This document shows positions 22,131-35,257 of a stretch of 64,000 bases of DNA, one piece after another. The position numbers were made by a program, and so were the translations under genes. A model generated the notes under the pieces. It was not told the DNA's origin and searched no databases. It was given only the letters and a program-made list of their open reading frames with translations. Position 1 is the first letter of the stretch; the number at the start of each line of letters is the position of its first letter. This DNA is from Monocercomonoides exilis PA203 (lineage: Eukaryota > Protista > Preaxostyla), in NCBI GenBank assembly GCA_001643675.2, contig LSRY02000030.1, positions 992,001 through 1,056,000 of the forward strand, read 5' to 3'.

Positions 22131-23079
22131 TCAAAAAAAGACAATCATTAACTTCAATTGCAAAAAAATATTTTGGAAAAGAAATTTTCAAAAAAAATTA
22201 ATCAATAAGTATCCGCACTAATTCAACAACACAGAAAAGCATAATTTTTCATAATCATTTGGGATAAATAATATTGTTTGGTATTTGAATGTTCCGGAAT
22301 AAACCCTATTTCCAGTATATTATTGTTGAATGGAGGATTTCGATAAACATAAAAAAAAAATTTTTTTTTATCGGAAAAAAGTTGTTAACAAAAAAAAAAT
22401 TTTTTTTTATGAAAAAGCAGTTTCGATTATTATCAAGTTCGGTAACAATCACAAATAAAATCTTTAATAATGGATTGTGACAAAAACTGAGCTTTTTTAT
22501 ATTGCAGTTAAATTTTCATTTGAATTAAAAATTCATCTTCAAAGAAAAGAAAACTTTGAAGATTCTTTACACAGAAAAATGATGTGATTTCATAAATAAT
22601 CACTTGCATGCTGATTAAAGTTAGAGAAAAAAAATTTTAGCTGCAAATCTTGAGAAATTCAAAAGACTTTTTTGAAGAATTTCAGAACTTCAATTAACAT
22701 GAAAAAACATGCTTTCTATCATTTGTAAAGTCCGAACAAAATTAAATATAAAAATTAATCAACAATTTTCTTTCATAAATATTTGTTTCGTGATGTTTTT
22801 GAAAAGAAGTTTTAAAAATTGATTTTGAATATCAAAAAACATTTGTTTCAAACAATCAATTTCCAAAAATACCCATAGAAAAATATGATTATTATACAAG
22901 ATATTAATCAAATAAACAACGGTTTGCGTTGATATTTGCTCAGAAGCAAATAATTCTTAAAATAAGTTATTTTTGATTTATTATTCAAAGCTTTTGAAAA
23001 AATTTCAGAGAAGTCATGAAGGAATTAAAGGAAATTCGCGAAGCTCTGATTCAGATACTTTTAAATCTTCTACAATTAA

Positions 23080-25980
23080 ATTGTGTCTTCCTCACTGACC
23101 ATTCCTTATTTCTTCTTCCTTTTCTTCCTCGATTTTCCTCATTTTTCATCTTTTTCTTTTGGCATCGCATTCTATTGCTTCAACGACTCCAAGGATCTCA
23201 CATTCTCTGTGTTATCTGCTCTCCTCTGTTTCTTCTCCTTCCTTTTCTTTGTCAACTCAGTTGAGATTCCTGACAGAGCTCCTTCTGGCTTTTCAGTCGA
23301 GAAAGAAGCTAGCCAGCTTGCAGTGTACCCACTCCTCTTCAGAAGAGCGCTTCTTTTCTTTCTCTTTCAGTGTTTCTTGCCTTTCACAAGAGCTGAGTCA
23401 GCTATGGTGCTATCATTAGTAGCAGGGTGTCTTATCGGCTGCATTGATTGTTTCGCCTTAATCAACGCCTTCTTCTGTTTTCTTTAAATAATGTAATACA
23501 AACCAAATCAATTGTTTCGTCACTGTATCTGTTGAAAAGGTTGATTGTTCGTGCTTTTTTGTGGGAAAGGATGTCTTTCTCCAGCTCTTCGGTATCCACG
23601 CCTAAAACAAATAATCACCCTTTCCCCTCGACTTCATCAAGCCTTCATTCACCACAAACACCTCTAGTCAAGGCTCCAAATCCTCCCGTTCCAGCTTTTT
23701 CTTCGATCCAGATCTCCTTACTTCATCATCATCATCATCTTTTTTCACTTATTCTTTGCTTTTCCTTGATTTTGTTGTGGCAGACTCCAACATCTTCAAA
23801 CGAATCATGTGCTTTTCTTGTACATTCCACGATTTAAAACACTAGTGCAATTTTTCGTACCAATAAACTTTTTATTCCAGTTACTGACAGCTGTCGCTCG
23901 CTTTCAGTTAAGTTCCTGCCACACATCACGCCCTTCTCTCTTCCCTCCTTCTTCTCGCATTTCTCACTTTCCAACTGTTCCTTCCCCTCTTTTTCTCTCT
24001 TTCAGCTTTTTCAATTGCTTTGCCAGCACAAAATGCCTCAAATGCACCGCTCACTGCTTTTAAAACTATTTCTGTGTTGCCACTCCAGATGCTTCTTCTC
24101 CTCTTCCTCCAAACTCGCCATCACCGACAATCCACTGAATGAACATCTCATTGTTGAGCAACCTCCGCATTCCTGCAGACAGTTTAAAATTGAATTGTTA
24201 AAAGAAAATGGAAAAAAATAATTCTTATTAGAAAAAAATAAGACAAAGGAAAAAAACCTTAAATAAGGCAATGTCCTTTTCGCTGTTCCAATTCAATATT
24301 TTCCTCCTTTTTCTTCTTTTGCCAAATATTCGTCTGATAGAAATATTTTGAAAAAACACTTCTGCAATCAAAACTCATGAGCGTTGATTGATAAATCAAA
24401 CAAGTTCAAAGGTTCTTCTTCTCTTGCCTAAGCTTTGCCATTAATCGAAGCATATCCCAGAATTGAAAACATGCTCCGTGACTGTATTTCTCCGTTCCAA
24501 ATATTTGAAATTGGATCTTCAAAAAAATACTTTTTGATTATCAACCCATCTGCCAGCCCTTTCTTTCTGTCCAATCCTTCCTTCTTCCCTCTTCCCCTGC
24601 CAGAACAGTCGAAACAAAAAAACAAGTACAGCATTTCCATTTAACTGCCCTCCAAAAAGGCGAGTATAAATTCAACCATTTCATGATGCAAATGAAGTCT
24701 GTTGCCTTTCTCATCCCCATCCTCATACTCACACTCATATTCAGATTCAGAGAGAATCTCCTTTGTTCTTCTCATTCCGCTGTTTCTGCTCAATTCTCTG
24801 CCTCTCAATCACCGAGCAGCAAGGCGTGTGCCTCAAGTGAAAAGATAAGATAAACAAAAAATTCATCCGCATCTTTCCAAGCATCGCAAAAAGAGCAGGA
24901 GATAAAAGATACCAAAAAATAAAAAATAATCAATTGTTGATAGAATATCAAGAACAACAAACTTTGAATTTCCTGTCTTGCCTCAGACTTCAACATTTGG
25001 GAAACAGCTGATCCCAACTCTGGCTGTGCTGCTGCGAGAAGGCAAAAAATATATCAATAGAAGAAGAAGAAGATGAATGCGATTGCAAAGCATTCTCCAG
25101 GTCCTGATGAAGTTGAAGCAGATCAAAACAAAATGACAACGCCCCTGCTCCTTCCTGTTCAATATGCCCCTAATACAAATGATGAGAAAACAGCATTGCC
25201 TTTTGTTTCGCCATGCAATTCTATCTAAAAATTCAGTCAGACAAATGACTGAGCCAGAACCCAAAGACATCCTTCATATTCTGTGTTGAGGAAAAATGAG
25301 TTGTCTTCTTCGATGGTCAATAAAAACTTCATAAAGCATCAGCCTTTTCTTCGAATTGCAGAAAAGAAGTAGATGATATTTTATGTTGTAATATCGAGCT
25401 CCATTCTGATTGTTTTGCAATATTTCCATTGAATTGTTGCCTTTTTTGTGATAAATATCCTTCCCTCGATATTGCCAGCCACTTTCCTTGCCAAAAAAGC
25501 TTCTCCTTTGCCGTATGCTCCCGAATTCTATATAATTTTGTGTAGATTTTGTTCTTCACAGAATTCCATCCATAAATCTTCATTTTTTTATATGACAGCT
25601 GAATATGTTTTCACTCTTGCAACAAAAAAAAATTATGAAAATCATGTGTCTTGCGTAACTTCATTTGTTTCCCAATGGCTATATAATAATCAGCTCCATT
25701 CTCATTGTGTTGCTTTCCAAAGCGGAGATTGGTCATTTCAACAATAATTCGTATTCCCAGGCTTTGAAAAGGATACAGATGGAAATATCTTCACAATATA
25801 TAGAACAATATAAATTACATACATTATGTCTTTTTGTGTTGTTGATGAAATTGTTGCATTCCCCTTGGCCATCCAATCTCCAATAATCATCAGACAGGAT
25901 TCCAAAAATATTGCATCTCCACCATTGTCTGTTATCTCCACATGAAATAAAATTTCTAGTTCTACAGGTAATGTTCACTC
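23080..25980 (-). pseudogene. Degenerate remnant(s) of lineage-specific Lys/Glu-rich gene(s)
   Basis: Higher GC and coding-like composition. A minus-strand frame at 23480-23080 reads as K/E-rich protein broken by TGA, TAG, TGA and TAA, and further fragmented frames continue upstream. No recognisable domain. Confidence 0.35.
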
Positions 25981-26208
25981 ACGGATTTCTCATTCTGTGA
26001 ATGGAATATTCCAGTTTAAAGAAAATGATTCGATCATTGCAACCATAACAACAAACAGAAAAGATTAAGAATTTTTTTTCTTAGAAATTACAAGTCGAAA
26101 ATGTCTACGCTTGATGGAACGGTTTGAATGCATATTTTTCTATGATCTTTATGAGTTTTTTATTTTTCATCTATGCCTTCTATCCAAATATATGCTTATT
26201 CGATAATA

Positions 26209-27689
26209 ATGGCAAAATGGTGTTGCGTTCATGTTCAATTTTTTGATAAAAAAATATGTGCGCAGGAGACGAAAAACATAAAAAAGTTCACAGGTATGTA
26301 TTCGTTGTTATATTTGAATTCTCATTTATTTCTATTATTTATTTCTATTTTTTATTAAAGAATTGTTTTGCGGACTGGAGCATTGCACGAAAATTGATCA
26401 AAAACAAAAAATCATTGAAATAAACGAAATAATTGATGAAATGAATGTGGAAGAATTTGATTCTGTTTTTACAGGAGAATTATTCAACATAATGCACAAA
26501 ATAATTGAAGAAAAGAAAATTTCAATTGAAAATGCACTTGTACTATTAAAGCATGTGGGATATTGCAAAGTTTTAAAAAATATATGGAGCTTATTCTTTG
26601 AAGAATCTTCATTAAACGAAAGATTGGAGGAATTGATTATTGAAGAAGAAAAGAAGAAAGAAGAAAAAAGAAACGAAAAGCTACTGATTGATCTTTGCGA
26701 ATGCTATATTTCACTTAATTATCTCCTCTTGCCTGAAATTGTTTCAATTTGTGTTCCCTGTCTTCTGAAAGTTGCAATGAGGAAAGAGGAAAACGAGGAG
26801 ATTCAGAAAGAAGTGGAAATGGCTTTATTGGCATTAAGTTGCATTGATGAATTTGAGGTTTGAACTATAATGTTTCCTTTTTGATATTTTCCTTTTTGAT
26901 ATTATTGTAATTTTTCTTATTCCTTATAAGTTTTACGGGCAAGAACTGCATTTGAACGAAATCAAAGAAATCATCAAATATCATCAAGAGCATCGCAACC
27001 TCACTCATCTTTCCTATCTGTCTGCTTGGAGGCTTTTGGTTAACCGACTTTGGGTTGACAATTGTTTGGAAGAAGTGATTGTGAACGAGCTGCATTTTGG
27101 AAGAGAGGCGGCAGGAGAAATCGAAGATCTGTCAAAGTGTGTGGATTGGAGGAGAAAAGAAGAAAATGAAAAGAGAAGAAAAGAATCGAAAGAAGAACTT
27201 CTTTTGAAAAAATGGCTTGATGAAGTTGGTATTTGCGCGTCCGAATGCAAATTGTGGAATGAAGGATTTGCTGGGCTTATCGGCATCATTGCTCAGGTGC
27301 ATCGAGCAGCAAAGGATAATCACAGAGAAATTAGTGAGAAATGCATTTTTATAATTGTATTGTCTGTCGAAAAAAGAGCTGTGAAATTAGATGATTTATT
27401 GAAAAGAGGAGCAGTTAATGCTATTTTGGAGGAGATTTAGCGACCAACGTTGAATGATGAAATGGTACGTGAAATCTCGAACATTTTTTATTTGATCTCA
27501 ATGCAATTGAAGGAAAAAGCGGATGATGAAATGGAAGAAGAGGAACAAAAAGCATTGAAAAGGAAAGTATTTGATAAGGTGGAAGAAGATGGTTGCGAAA
27601 ATGTCATCATTAGCTTTTGTGGAATGCTTCCTTTTGTATGCATAAATAATTTTGACTTACTGTCGAATATTTGTAGTCATATTTTGTAA
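26209..27689 (+). pseudogene. Member of an expanded lineage-specific helical-repeat family, with a premature TAG
   Basis: Exons 26209-26293, 26361-26857 and 26931-27689 join in frame via GT-AG introns (KKFTE|LFCGLEHC...ALSCIDEFE|FYGQELHLNEIKEIIKYHQEH). There is an in-frame TAG at 27438-27440 (EI*RPTLND), after which the frame continues for about 80 aa. Confidence 0.7.
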
Positions 27690-28303
27690 ATATTTGAAGA
27701 AATATATAGCATTTTGTAATTCCATATTTTCAATTTTCTCTTTTTTAATCATAACGCAAAACGGTACAAAAATTAATTTTCATTAATACGTTTAAGAGTG
27801 TGTTTTAAATCCCTCTTCATCAAAATAAAGTGAAACAACAACAACAAAAAAAAAAAAAGAAAGAAAGAAAAGAAAAAAAGAAAAAAAGAAAAAAAGAAAA
27901 AATGCTGTTTCAAAAAATATCATAAAGGTGAAAAAAGAATATTAATTATTATTATTATTAATATTTTCGAAACTTTGCAAATTCAAATATTTCTTGTGAA
28001 TTCAAAATAAAAATAAGAAACATATGTCACACTTTGAATCTTCTCTTCTTTTGTTTTAATTTAGAAAACACAAAGCAGCATCAAATAACTAAACATCGAT
28101 ATTTCTTCTCCTTCATTTCAAGAATATTCGAATCGGTTATCATTTCTTCATATTTATTTATTTTTTTCCAAAAATTGCTTCAAAGTCATTCTTTTCCTCC
28201 AAGAAGATTCATCAAAATCGTTCGTTAAAAAATTAATTAAGAATAATTAAAATGAAAATTAGTTTTTGCTTCTGAAAATTTTGAAAAAGTGAAGTGTGTC
28301 CTT

Positions 28304-29643
28304 TTATTGACCATGAGGTGTTGAAGTGTCTATAAATGTTTGGTGTAATGGAAGAGGAGTGTTGGAAGTGACGTGAGTTGGCTGAAGTGAAGAAGGCGTG
28401 ACAATTCTATTTTCATCAATATTATCTCCTTTATCAGAGAAAACGAATTCTTTGTAATCTTTCTCACGTTCGTTGCTAAACTGAACCACTTGTTTATCGT
28501 TGAGCTCTTTATTTTCAAAATCAATCGATTTATTTTTATCTTCCACTTGTGAAAATTCCTTTTTTGATGATTGAGATGCTTTTCCAAAACTACGAGAAGA
28601 AAGTTGTGATGCAGTTTGTTCCAACAGATGTGACAACTGTTTTATTGTTGTGTCCTGCTTTAATATTGCTTTTCTAAAATTCTCATTTTCTCTTTCTCTT
28701 CTTTCGACCTCTTGCTCCTTTTCTTTCCTCTCTTTTTTTAAATCAAATCTTATCTTTTTCATTTCAGTTTGATGTTTTGCTCTTCGTTCTTCTCTCTTTC
28801 TTTTTCTTTCTTCAATCATTTTTAATTCTTCTTCTTCCAATTTCTTCTCCATTTCTTTCAATTTGTCATTTTGAATTTTGAACTCTTCTTCTTTCTTTTC
28901 AATTTCTTTCGACTTTTTCTCTTCCAATGAAATTTTCTCACTCAGAATTTGAATTTCTTCTTCATCAGCTTTTTGCATCGCCGCAAGTTCTTCATTTATG
29001 GCATCACACTCTTCTTGTAGCGCCTGATATTTTTCTTCTCTTTCTTTTTGGAGTTGCTTTTCTTGGATTTTTTGCTCAATTAATTGACTATCAATCGATT
29101 CTTGTTGAAGTGAATTTGAATTATCATCTTTTTTATGTTCATCATATCGAACATTAGCTTCCCCCTTTGTATTTGCATTGGAAAGAATAATTTCTTCAGT
29201 GCTACATCTTGACATTGGAGTGTTAATAGGCTTCTCTTTAAAATAAAAATTAGTCCTATCCTCAAGAGCCGGACTAACTGTCATTTCTGAAGGTTGAAGA
29301 GGGGGAGTAATCGAAGTTTGCGAATATTGAATAAGAGATTCTATTTCATCTGAAGTTCTTGGCTCTTCAGAATCTTCATCAAGAGAGATTCGAGGAGTCT
29401 CCAATTGCTTCACAGATTTTTCATCTTGCTCAACAACTTTTTGAATCGACTATATTTCAACGGCAAATAATTTTTAAGAAGTTTATAAAAAAAGCAAATA
29501 ATTTGTCATACTGATAAGCTTCTGGTCAGAGATCCCATTGATTGATGCGGAGTGAAAAACACAACGATTTTTGAGGAACTCTTTTTCTTTCGTGCAGGAG
29601 TTGTATTCACTCTTAAAAGTGAAGGAGTTCCGTTGGACTGCAT
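28304..29643 (-). CDS. Coiled-coil protein of unknown function; 2 exons
   Basis: ATG 29643 exon (MQSNGTPS...RSLS), an intron GTATG...ATATAG, then phase-0 continuation SIQKVVEQDEKSVKQLE into the 369-aa E/K-rich heptad ORF. Confidence 0.6.
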
Positions 29644-29902
29644 CTCTGTTATTTTTCGTCAAACAAAATAATGCGTTTAAATTTCTAAAAATGAAATTAT
29701 TTTGGGAAATGATCAATCAAAAATTGAGAAACGAAACATTCACTTTTTAATAAATACTTAGAACTACACTAAATATAACAGAAATGATTATTAAAAAATG
29801 AAATTATTTCTAAAACAAAACGTAATTTCTTTCAAATGAAACAAATTGAAATTAAAAAAATTTAGTTGATTGCTGGTTAAAATTTTTCACAGATATAAAA
29901 TG

Positions 29903-32052
29903 CTAAACTGGAAGAGAGGGTGGTGGATAAAGACAACCAGCAACTTTTGATCTTAAATGGAAAGGCGGAGGAGCAAAGCTCTTTCGCTTTGACTCATTCT
30001 TTTGATGCATAAGTGAGTAACTGTTAGTGCTTTTTGCTTCTTTTTCCTCATCTTTTGTTGTCAAAGGCTGTTCAATATTCTGAGCAGGTGCTTCTCGAGA
30101 AGCTGGGTCTTTGGTCAATTTGGCATTGACAAGATGAGAAGACGGCTGCAGGTGGCGTGAATAAGAAGACGACGAAGCAGTGTGTGAATGCGTTGACTGA
30201 ACGGAGTATGAATCAGATTGAGGAAGAGCAACTGACAATCGAATTGTCTTTTGCGGAGAAATCTGACTGTCTGCTGAGCCAATTGCTGATCTCGAACGGT
30301 TCATCGAAGCTTTGTTTGCATCCACATAGCGTTTCCCATTCGTTCCATATTTCTGTTGCATCTCATTCTTCTGCTCTTTCTCCTCATTTTGTATCGAACT
30401 CCGCAAGCTGCTTCGGGCTGTTAGCGATTTTGAGGCAAAAAGAGAAGAATAAAAAGCAGACGGATCAGCCTCTGGCTGTTCAGATGGCAAAGGAACAGCT
30501 TCTTCTTCTTCTTCTTCTTCTTCTTCTTGACCTTCTTCCTCTTCAATATATTTGGATTTTGAATGAGAGAAAGAACGAAAACGAGATGGATTTGGAGAAG
30601 AAAGAGATGACATTCGCTTTCTTTCAGTTCTTTTTCTGAAGTCAACTGAAGCAGAAGAAGAAGATGATGATGATGACATTTTCGAATTAACATCTGTGCG
30701 AAGTCTTCGAGAAGGCGTAAAGGTTGGAGAATGCGAAGACGGAGGAGGCGAAACAGATTTTTGTGGAGATTTCATTCTCCGATCAGATGTTAATGGCTCT
30801 TTTGATGCCGTTCGAGCAGATTTGCGCTGCTCAAAACGAATGATAGACGAAGACGACGACGACAACGAAGAAGACGATGATGATGAAATGCCTTCACGTT
30901 GAGGTGTTCCAGACACATTTGTCTTGCTTGCTCTGATAAAACGCGATTTCCTGAGTGTTTCTTTTCTTTCCAGTGGCGTTTCAATTCCATTTCTTGAGGT
31001 AATTTCAGGTGATGTTGTTGGCCTTCCATTCTTCCTGTTTCTTTCTGTCGAAGTTGCACTTCGAATTCTTCTTCTTCTTCCGTCTTCAGATCGAATTGAA
31101 CGAGAAGAAGCAGAACTCATCTTCGCTTTCTTGTTTTCATTCATTTCCCTTTCCATCGCTTCCTCTTCTTCTTTTTCTTCTTTTTCTTCTTTTTCTTCTT
31201 TTTCTTCGTCTTCCATCAGCTTCAAAAGCGATTTTGGTATCTTTTGAGAGACATTTGATGGAATTGAAGTCTTCTTCTCTGTTTTGCCAGACTCCAACGC
31301 TGTTGATAGCTGAAATATTATTTATTCAAAAATAAATAAATTAAAAAAAAATAATTTTGAATTAGAATTCTCTCAAAATCAATCAAAAGAAGAGTGTTTA
31401 TCACTCACAATATCTCCACAAATATCAAAAAAATAGCATTTCATTCATCTGATTTCATACTCTTTTCTTCAAAACACTCAAATTCGGATTCGAGTTAATC
31501 GTCGGCTTGAACGTGCATTCGGACTCTTTCGCTTTTTCCATTGTTTCCAGTTCTCTTTGCCTCCACTCTTCTTTCTGCTGCAGCCAATCCTGATTCTTCG
31601 CATAGACATAATCCTTCGAAGGAACAGCAGGCTTTTTCGTGTTTGTTGTTTTTGGCGATTTTTGAGAGAATGATTGAGGTGGATTGGAAAGAGTGACGAA
31701 TTGATAGCGAGAAGATGAGAGAGGAGAAAGAAGAGAAGAAGAAGTTGTTTGAGAAAGAAGAGCTGACTGCAAAGATTTGGATGTGCCCGAAAAGGAGTGT
31801 GAGAGCGAAGACGATGAAGCAGCTAGTTCATCTTTAGCTGCTTCTGATGAGGATTGAATTGGAGAATATGAAAGTGTCTGAGAACGAGAAAGAATGCGAT
31901 TAGGTGAATGAGTCTCAATTATTTGTGAGCGACGAGAAAGAAGCGAATGATTTGGAGAAGAAGGTGAAAGGGCTGAAGAGACGATTGTGCAAAAATGTCT
32001 GTTGCTTCTGCTTCTTCTGCTCTGACGATCAAAATCAGGAGAAGAATGAGAA

Positions 32053-32085
<33 letters not shown>

Positions 32086-35000
32086 AGCAAAGGCGAGTCA
32101 GAAGGAGAAGGAGTATCAGAAGGAGATGTTCTGATCGGAGAAGATGTGGGCGAAGGAGGTTTGTTTGGAGGAGAAGCTGGTTTTGGCAGAAATGATGGCA
32201 TGTCTTCATTAGCATCGTCTGGAATATCATTGAATGAATTCTTGGATTTTGTCTTGTTTCTGTCTGAAAGAGAAGAACGACGAGAAGAAGAAGATGATGA
32301 AGAGGAAGGTCTGGAAGCTGATGAAACACTCGAACGCTGCTTTGAATGAACATTAGATCGAATCACAGAATGTGAAGAGGGCTGCAAATTTGTGTTGTTT
32401 TTCTTCTGTTTTTGAGGTGTTTTCTGAGCTCTTTCATTTCTCTTGTCTTCAATTGGATCTTCGTCATTCCATTTGCCTCTGACCGAGCTGACAACAGACG
32501 AAGAACGCGACAATGAGCGAAGAGAAGTTGGAGTTGAAGATTCAAAATCAGAAGGAGAAGGAGAAGGGGAAGAGGAATGAGGAGAATGAGAAGAAAATGA
32601 AGAAGAACGAGTAGAACGATAAGAAGAAGAAGAAGATGATGATGATGATGATGAAATGGAAGAACGCAATCTTGGTGCTTCAGAAAAAGATGAGCTTGAA
32701 TTGCTTCTTTTGTGGCGAGCAGAAGCAGAACGAGACGAACTGAGACGATTTGGCGTTTGTGTGAAAGAAAGAGAAGAAGGTGTCTCTTTTCTTGATGTGG
32801 CAGAAGAGAATGAAGAAGAAGAATGAGAACGAGTATTGTGACGTGGAGTGGGTGCTTTGTATTGTGGAATAGTCGAATGTCTGTTTTTCTGAGAAGAAGA
32901 AGAAGAAGAAGAAGAAGAAAGTGAAGTGCGTGTGTTAGTTGTTGGAAGAGGTGCTTTGTTTTGCTTTTTGGAAAATGAAGATGGAAATGAAGAAGAAGAA
33001 GAAGAAGAAGAAGAAGAAGAAGAAGAAGAAGAAGAAGAAGAAGAAGAAGAAGAAGAAGGGCGATTTATCAATTTTGTGTGTTTTTGTAGAGAATTTCGAG
33101 GAGAAGAGGCAGGGGAAGAAGTTGTTTCATCAGAAATAAATGAATTTGAAGAAGGAGAAGAAACATGTGATTGGCGAGAAGACAATGGACTGTTCAAAGA
33201 ACGAGCAGGAGAAGGGCTGAAAGAGGAGCGTGTGCGAAGTGGAGGCGATGATGGACTGTTTTGATAGGAATTTGAAAGTGAAGGAGAATGAGAAGGAGAA
33301 GAGGAAGAGGAACGAAAAGGAGAAGAAGAAGGAGAAGTAATTCGACGTGATTGGCGTGCGGATGAAGGTGATTTCTGAGTTCGTGTAGAAGATATGGGAG
33401 AAAAACGAGAGTTTTCCTGAGAGGAAATATCATCAGAAGAGCGACGATATTTGACAAATGACTCGGAGAGGGCATATTGCTGAGTGGCTCTCTGAAAGAA
33501 GAAAGAAGAAAGAAAGAAAGAAATAAATAAATAAATAAAGAGAAAGGAAAGAAAATATGCATTTTTTAAAAAAAGGATAGAAAATAATGTTTGTTGAAAG
33601 AAATAGGCGAAACAATCCAAGTTAAAAAAAAAAAAAAAAAAAAAAAAGCAGAAATGAAGCATTCACATACAACCCATCTTTCCTCGTCTTCGTCTCCGCT
33701 TTCATAATCATATGCATCATCAATTCCTCTTCCTGCTCTGGCTGATTGCACTCTTTCATGTCTAAATCTGCCTCCATACTCAGCTTCTGTATTTCTTTCG
33801 CTATCTGATTCGTTTCTCGATGTCCTTTGAGATAATACAAACTGCTCATAAAGACGTTCTCCGGCTGTCTGATGCTTTCCTGTTGGAGAAAACGATCGAA
33901 TTGTCGATCGGAATTGCCTTTGCCGCTCGTCTTCTTGTTCTTTTCGCTGCCGCTCAATTTCAGCATTTGCTATCTCTTGTGACTTTAACAATCTGTCTTC
34001 GACTGGCTCGGCCTTTTTAAATAAAAACAATTATTTGTTCAAGTATAAAATTGTCAGAAAAATTGGTAATGGATACATGCAAATGCCCATAAATTATTAA
34101 CACTTAAATGACAATAGCCACACCTTTCTATTTTTCAAATAACGATCAGTTTTGGCAGCTAACCGAGGTGTAAATGTGCATTCTTCCTCTTCTTGCTTCA
34201 AAAGTTCCTTCTCTCTCGCTTCTAACTTTCTTTTTCCAATTCTTCCATATTCAATCAGATCATCAAAGTTTCTGTCCAAATCCCAGGAGCGAGAATTTAT
34301 TTGAGGTGTGTATGTCAATTCCTTCAGCTCCTTTTCTTCCATTTCTTCTTGAATTCGTCTCCTCTCTTCTTCCCTTTTTTGGAGAAAAAGAGCCATCCTT
34401 TCTTCAAGAGATCCTCTATTATATGCCATCTCTATTGATTTTTTGTTAAATTCTGGTTGCTTCACAGATTCTTCTTCTTCTGCATCTTGTTTCAATCTCT
34501 TTCTTTCTAATTCTGCTTGCTTCATTGAGTGAAGTTTATAAAGAATTTCATATGCTGGTTCATCTCGTTTTATTCGTTTTGAGTGGGTATTTATTGCAGG
34601 TGAAAACGTTGGCTCTTCATCTGCTTCCTTTGAGTTCTTTGGAGATGAAGCTAATCGATAAAAAGGCGGTGGCGATGTTGAAAGACGGGCTGGAGAATGC
34701 GTCTGCGGAGCTCTGTGAGGCCTAATCGGAGATTTTGGTTGAAGTTGCGTTTTTTCAGGAGATAAATTTGAAGATACAGAAATATGAATAAGTTTTACTG
34801 ATTGCTTGCTTTCGTTGCCTATAAAGTAAAATCAGAGTTTAAAATTATAATGTTGATATAAAATAATGATTTTACGTATTTCTTTTCCGAAAAAATTACG
34901 TATAATTATTTCTAAATTAAATTATAAATGAATACAATTTAAATATTTGATATTTCAAATTTGTTGCCTTTCATATTCATTTCAACATACAGCTCTCCAT
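29903..35000 (-). CDS. Large Ser-rich/coiled-coil protein with repeated E.T[FY].P.IN motifs (putative cytoskeleton-associated); about 5 exons
   Basis: ORFs 34097-34525 (frame open to ~34819), 33566-34030, 31455-33662 and 29903-31297 join via canonical donors and acceptors (NRK|AEP, ERWV|RATQ, LKKR|LSTA). Motifs EPTFSPAIN, ELTYTPQIN, ECTFTPRLA, ECTFKPTIN. The first exon (ATG 35000) is tentative. Confidence 0.65.
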
Positions 35001-35257
35001 TTAATATTATATAACACACCATTTATCTTTTTATGTGAAATTCCTGGAGAAGATGGCGAAAATGTCACTTTATCACTTTTTAATGGCATTTTATGGTTAC
35101 CTTTTCAAAAGTAAATTATATACTCAGATCATAATATTGTTTGTTCACTTTTATTGGATATATTTTTATAATTGGCTGTTTAAATTTGTTATTTGTATTG
35201 CTAAAATGCGTTTATTTTATTATTTATTTGTTTTTTGTTTTTCTTACAGTCCACAGA

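Noticed and set aside
20876-22214. Merlin relic as the mobiliser of the TA|GGG fold-backs
   Set aside because: Merlin makes 8-9 bp TSDs, which the fold-backs lack, and the relic's own TIRs are not established.
22348-22411. Duplicated A10T9 palindromes
   Set aside because: Low-complexity sequence; cannot be distinguished from slippage.
27438-27440. In-frame TAG at a likely Gln position, suggesting a TAR=Gln code as in some oxymonads
   Set aside because: RPS3A, the metacaspase and the GH19 gene all end at TAA, and multi-kb ORFs have no internal TAA/TAG. The code is standard and this is best read as a nonsense mutation.
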